From Clostridia bacterium (GTDB taxonomy: Bacteria; Bacillota; Clostridia; Christensenellales; CAG-138), in assembly GCA_017538255.1 (NCBI GenBank), contig JAFYJD010000009.1, positions 13,428-77,427 of the forward strand: a stretch of 64,000 nt of DNA, in the 5' to 3' direction. Each line of letters starts with the position of its first letter. Within the stretch, counting starts at the first letter, position 1. This document shows, one piece after another, positions 62,127-64,000 of this stretch. Made by a program: the position numbers and the translations under genes. The notes beneath the pieces were generated by a model. The model was not told where the DNA came from and searched no databases. It saw only the letters and a program-made list of their open reading frames with translations.

Positions 62127-64000
62127 ATGAACATTATCCTTGCAAAGCACGCGGGCTTCTGCTTCGGCGTGCGCCGTGCCGTCGAGATTACGAAACAAAC
62201 GGCAAAAAAAGTCGGCGGCGAAAGCGGCGTCGGATTTGCGCCGCGCGTTTTCACATACGGCGAGCTGATACACAACAGGACGGTCGTTGACGAACTCGCT
62301 GCTTGCGGCATAACGGCGATAGATTCGCCGAGCGAGGCGCGGGAGGGGGACTATGTGGTGATACGCTCGCACGGCGTGCCGAAGTCGGTGTTTGACGAAC
62401 TAACGGAGCGCGGGCTCAACGTGATCGACGCAACCTGCCCGTTCGTCGCAAGGATACACGAAACGGTCTCCGCGGCAAAGGCGCGTGGCGAAAGGGTGTT
62501 CATCGTCGGCGAGATGACTCATCCCGAGGTCGTCGGCATCAACGGGCATTGCGGCGACTCCGCCGTGTTCATCCGGGGCGAGGACGAGCTTTCAAAACTC
62601 GCGGGCGGCGGCGGCTGCCTCGTTGTGCAGACTACGTTCGACTATGATACCTTCTCAAAAATGCGCGAAACGATCGAGCGCGACTACCCCGAAATCACGG
62701 TCAACAACACCATTTGCACCACCACGAGGGAGCGCCAAAAGGAAGCCGATGAACTCAGCCATAAATGCGACGTTATGCTTGTTTTGGGGGACAAAAACAG
62801 TTCAAACACCCAAAAATTGAAAGAAATATGCAAAAAAAACTGCAATATGACCCAAAATGCCGCCAAAGTAAGCGATATTTCTCTTGATTTATTAAAAAAT
62901 TGTGATATAATGATAGGCGTTGTTGCCGGTGCATCAACACCGGATTCGATTATCAGGGAGGTTATTAACACAATGAACGAACAGGTAGCAAACACCGAAG
63001 CCACCACCGAAACCGTGCCCGCGACTGCGGCACAGACCATCGACGAGAATGCTGTTTTTGATGAAGACGCGATCAACAAAACCATCGTTCGTATCCATGG
63101 CGGACAGATACTGACCGGTACTGTCATCCAGATCGTTGACGGCGAAATCAGCGTCAGCATCGGCTATAAGTCCGATGGCTACATCCCCCGCTCCGAGTTT
63201 TCCGACGATCCCGAAGTGGACCCCGCTTCCGTATTCAAGGTGGGCGATCCCATCGAGGTCGAAGTTCTCAAGGTAAACGACGGCGAAGGCAACGTTCTCC
63301 TTTCTCGCAAGAATGTCGAGCGTCAGAAGGTATGGGACGAGTTCTCCAACGATCCCAACGTCGAAGATAAGGTCTTCGAGGGCGTATGCACCGAGGTCAT
63401 CAAGGGCGGCGTTATTGTTGAACTCAACAACGGCGCGGCAAAGGCTTTCGTGCCCGCTTCGCAGGTTTCCACCAGGTTCGTTCAGGACCTCAAGCAGTTC
63501 GTCGGCCAGCCGATGAAACTCAAGATCCTCGAAGTGGACGAAAAACGCAGGCGCGTTGTCGCCTCCTGCAAGGCCATCCTTCAGCAGGAAGCGGATGAGG
63601 CCGAGAAGAAGATATGGGATAACCTCGAAGTCGGTATGAAGACAAAGGGTATCGTTCGCCGTATGACCGATTTCGGCGCGTTCGTCGACATCGGCGGTGT
63701 GGACGGTCTTGTACATATCACCCAGTGTGCCTGGGGCAGGGTTAAGAACCCCGCCGAGGTGTTTGCTGCAGGTCAGGAGATCGACGTAGTTATTCGCGAA
63801 CTCGACAGGGAGAACAAAAAGATCTCCCTCGGTTATCGTGAACTTCTGCCCAAGCCCTGGAGCACCGCGGATGAAAGGTATCCCGTAGGCTCGTTCGTAG
63901 AAGGCAAGGTAGTCCGCATCGTTACGTTCGGCGCATTTGTTTCGCTCGAGCCCACGATCGACGGTCTTATCCATATTTCGCAGGTCGGTCTGAAGCGCGT
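62127..64000 (+). CDS. ispH: Bifunctional 4-hydroxy-3-methylbut-2-enyl diphosphate reductase (IspH) / ribosomal protein S1 fusion, 3' end beyond window
   Basis: I translated the frame by hand from the ATG at 62127 (after GGGGAG) and it stays open to the window edge. The N-terminal part is MNIILAKHAGFCFGVRRAV...DATCPFV...NTICTTT...VVAGASTP (three IspH Cys). From about 63060 there are S1 repeats (GTVIQIVDGEISVSIGYKSDGYIP...; KGIVRRMTDFGAFVDIGGVDGLVHI). Absent from the ORF track because no stop lies within the window. Confidence 0.9.
   Translation, partial: MNIILAKHAGFCFGVRRAVEITKQTAKKVGGESGVGFAPRVFTYGELIHNRTVVDELAACGITAIDSPSEAREGDYVVIRSHGVPKSVFDELTERGLNVIDATCPFVARIHETVSAAKARGERVFIVGEMTHPEVVGINGHCGDSAVFIRGEDELSKLAGGGGCLVVQTTFDYDTFSKMRETIERDYPEITVNNTICTTTRERQKEADELSHKCDVMLVLGDKNSSNTQKLKEICKKNCNMTQNAAKVSDISLDLLKNCDIMIGVVAGASTPDSIIREVINTMNEQVANTEATTETVPATAAQTIDENAVFDEDAINKTIVRIHGGQILTGTVIQIVDGEISVSIGYKSDGYIPRSEFSDDPEVDPASVFKVGDPIEVEVLKVNDGEGNVLLSRKNVERQKVWDEFSNDPNVEDKVFEGVCTEVIKGGVIVELNNGAAKAFVPASQVSTRFVQDLKQFVGQPMKLKILEVDEKRRRVVASCKAILQQEADEAEKKIWDNLEVGMKTKGIVRRMTDFGAFVDIGGVDGLVHITQCAWGRVKNPAEVFAAGQEIDVVIRELDRENKKISLGYRELLPKPWSTADERYPVGSFVEGKVVRIVTFGAFVSLEPTIDGLIHISQVGLKR
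62884..62975 (+). promoter_or_regulatory. Promoter-like and SD-like signals inside the ispH-rpsA fusion, upstream of an in-frame ATG at the domain junction
   Basis: TTGATT (62884-62889), 16 bp, TATAAT (62906-62911) with TGa extended -10, all in a locally AT-rich patch. AGGGAGG (62955-62961) lies 11 nt before the in-frame ATG at 62973 (MNEQVANTE...). Confidence 0.35.

Noticed and set aside
62934-63974. 346-aa minus-strand ORF
   Set aside because: It is antisense to the S1 part of the ispH-rpsA fusion.

Overview
This 64-kb window looks like chromosomal DNA from a moderately GC-rich, spore-forming anaerobic Firmicute, probably an Oscillospiraceae/Ruminococcaceae-like member of the Clostridia. 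That placement is an inference from sigG, spoIID, cohesin/dockerin modules, an IspH-S1 fusion and the overall gene families. About 65 protein-coding genes are supported. I saw no rRNA, tRNA, tmRNA, CRISPR array, transposase, integrase or phage genes. The housekeeping backbone is: nrdD-trxB, secG, smpB, htrA, pnp-rpsO, ppdK, sigG, spoIID, a complete F1Fo ATP synthase operon (atpIBEFHAGDC), pduL, feoA-feoA-feoB, a four-gene Na+-translocating oxaloacetate-decarboxylase operon, and surE, cmk, plsC, ispH/rpsA. One cis-regulatory RNA is recognisable, a preQ1-I riboswitch in front of a yhhQ-type transporter. Accessory or unusual loci are: a 1296-aa protein with two cohesins and a dockerin, followed by a small Cys-containing ORF; a lipoprotein barnase with overlapping barstar; a BlaI/BlaR1-like pair whose sensor carries a recent 480-bp tandem duplication; two AT-rich islets that each pair a small XRE repressor with a divergent envelope protein (a Zn-ribbon membrane protein and a YD-repeat lipoprotein); and an SGNH/DUF4358/DHHW surface-acylation cluster lacking its usual MBOAT partner. 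I did not find a self-evident, complete new system, such as a defence-type ATPase/nuclease/RT cluster or a RiPP maturation set. The observations I rate highest are: (1) NrdD with a covalently fused CPNC redoxin next to trxB and without nrdG; (2) a probable sodium cycle, combining an ATP-synthase c subunit that carries a two-carboxylate Na+ signature with a Na+-pumping decarboxylase about 9 kb away; (3) a repeated non-Fur palindrome AGTTAGC-N4-GCTAACT at the feo operon; (4) an SDR gene translationally coupled to yhhQ behind the preQ1 riboswitch; and (5) the cohesin-dockerin giant protein, the duplicated BlaR1 sensor and the XRE-linked envelope modules. All homology calls come from reading the translations and recalling motifs; no database search was run.
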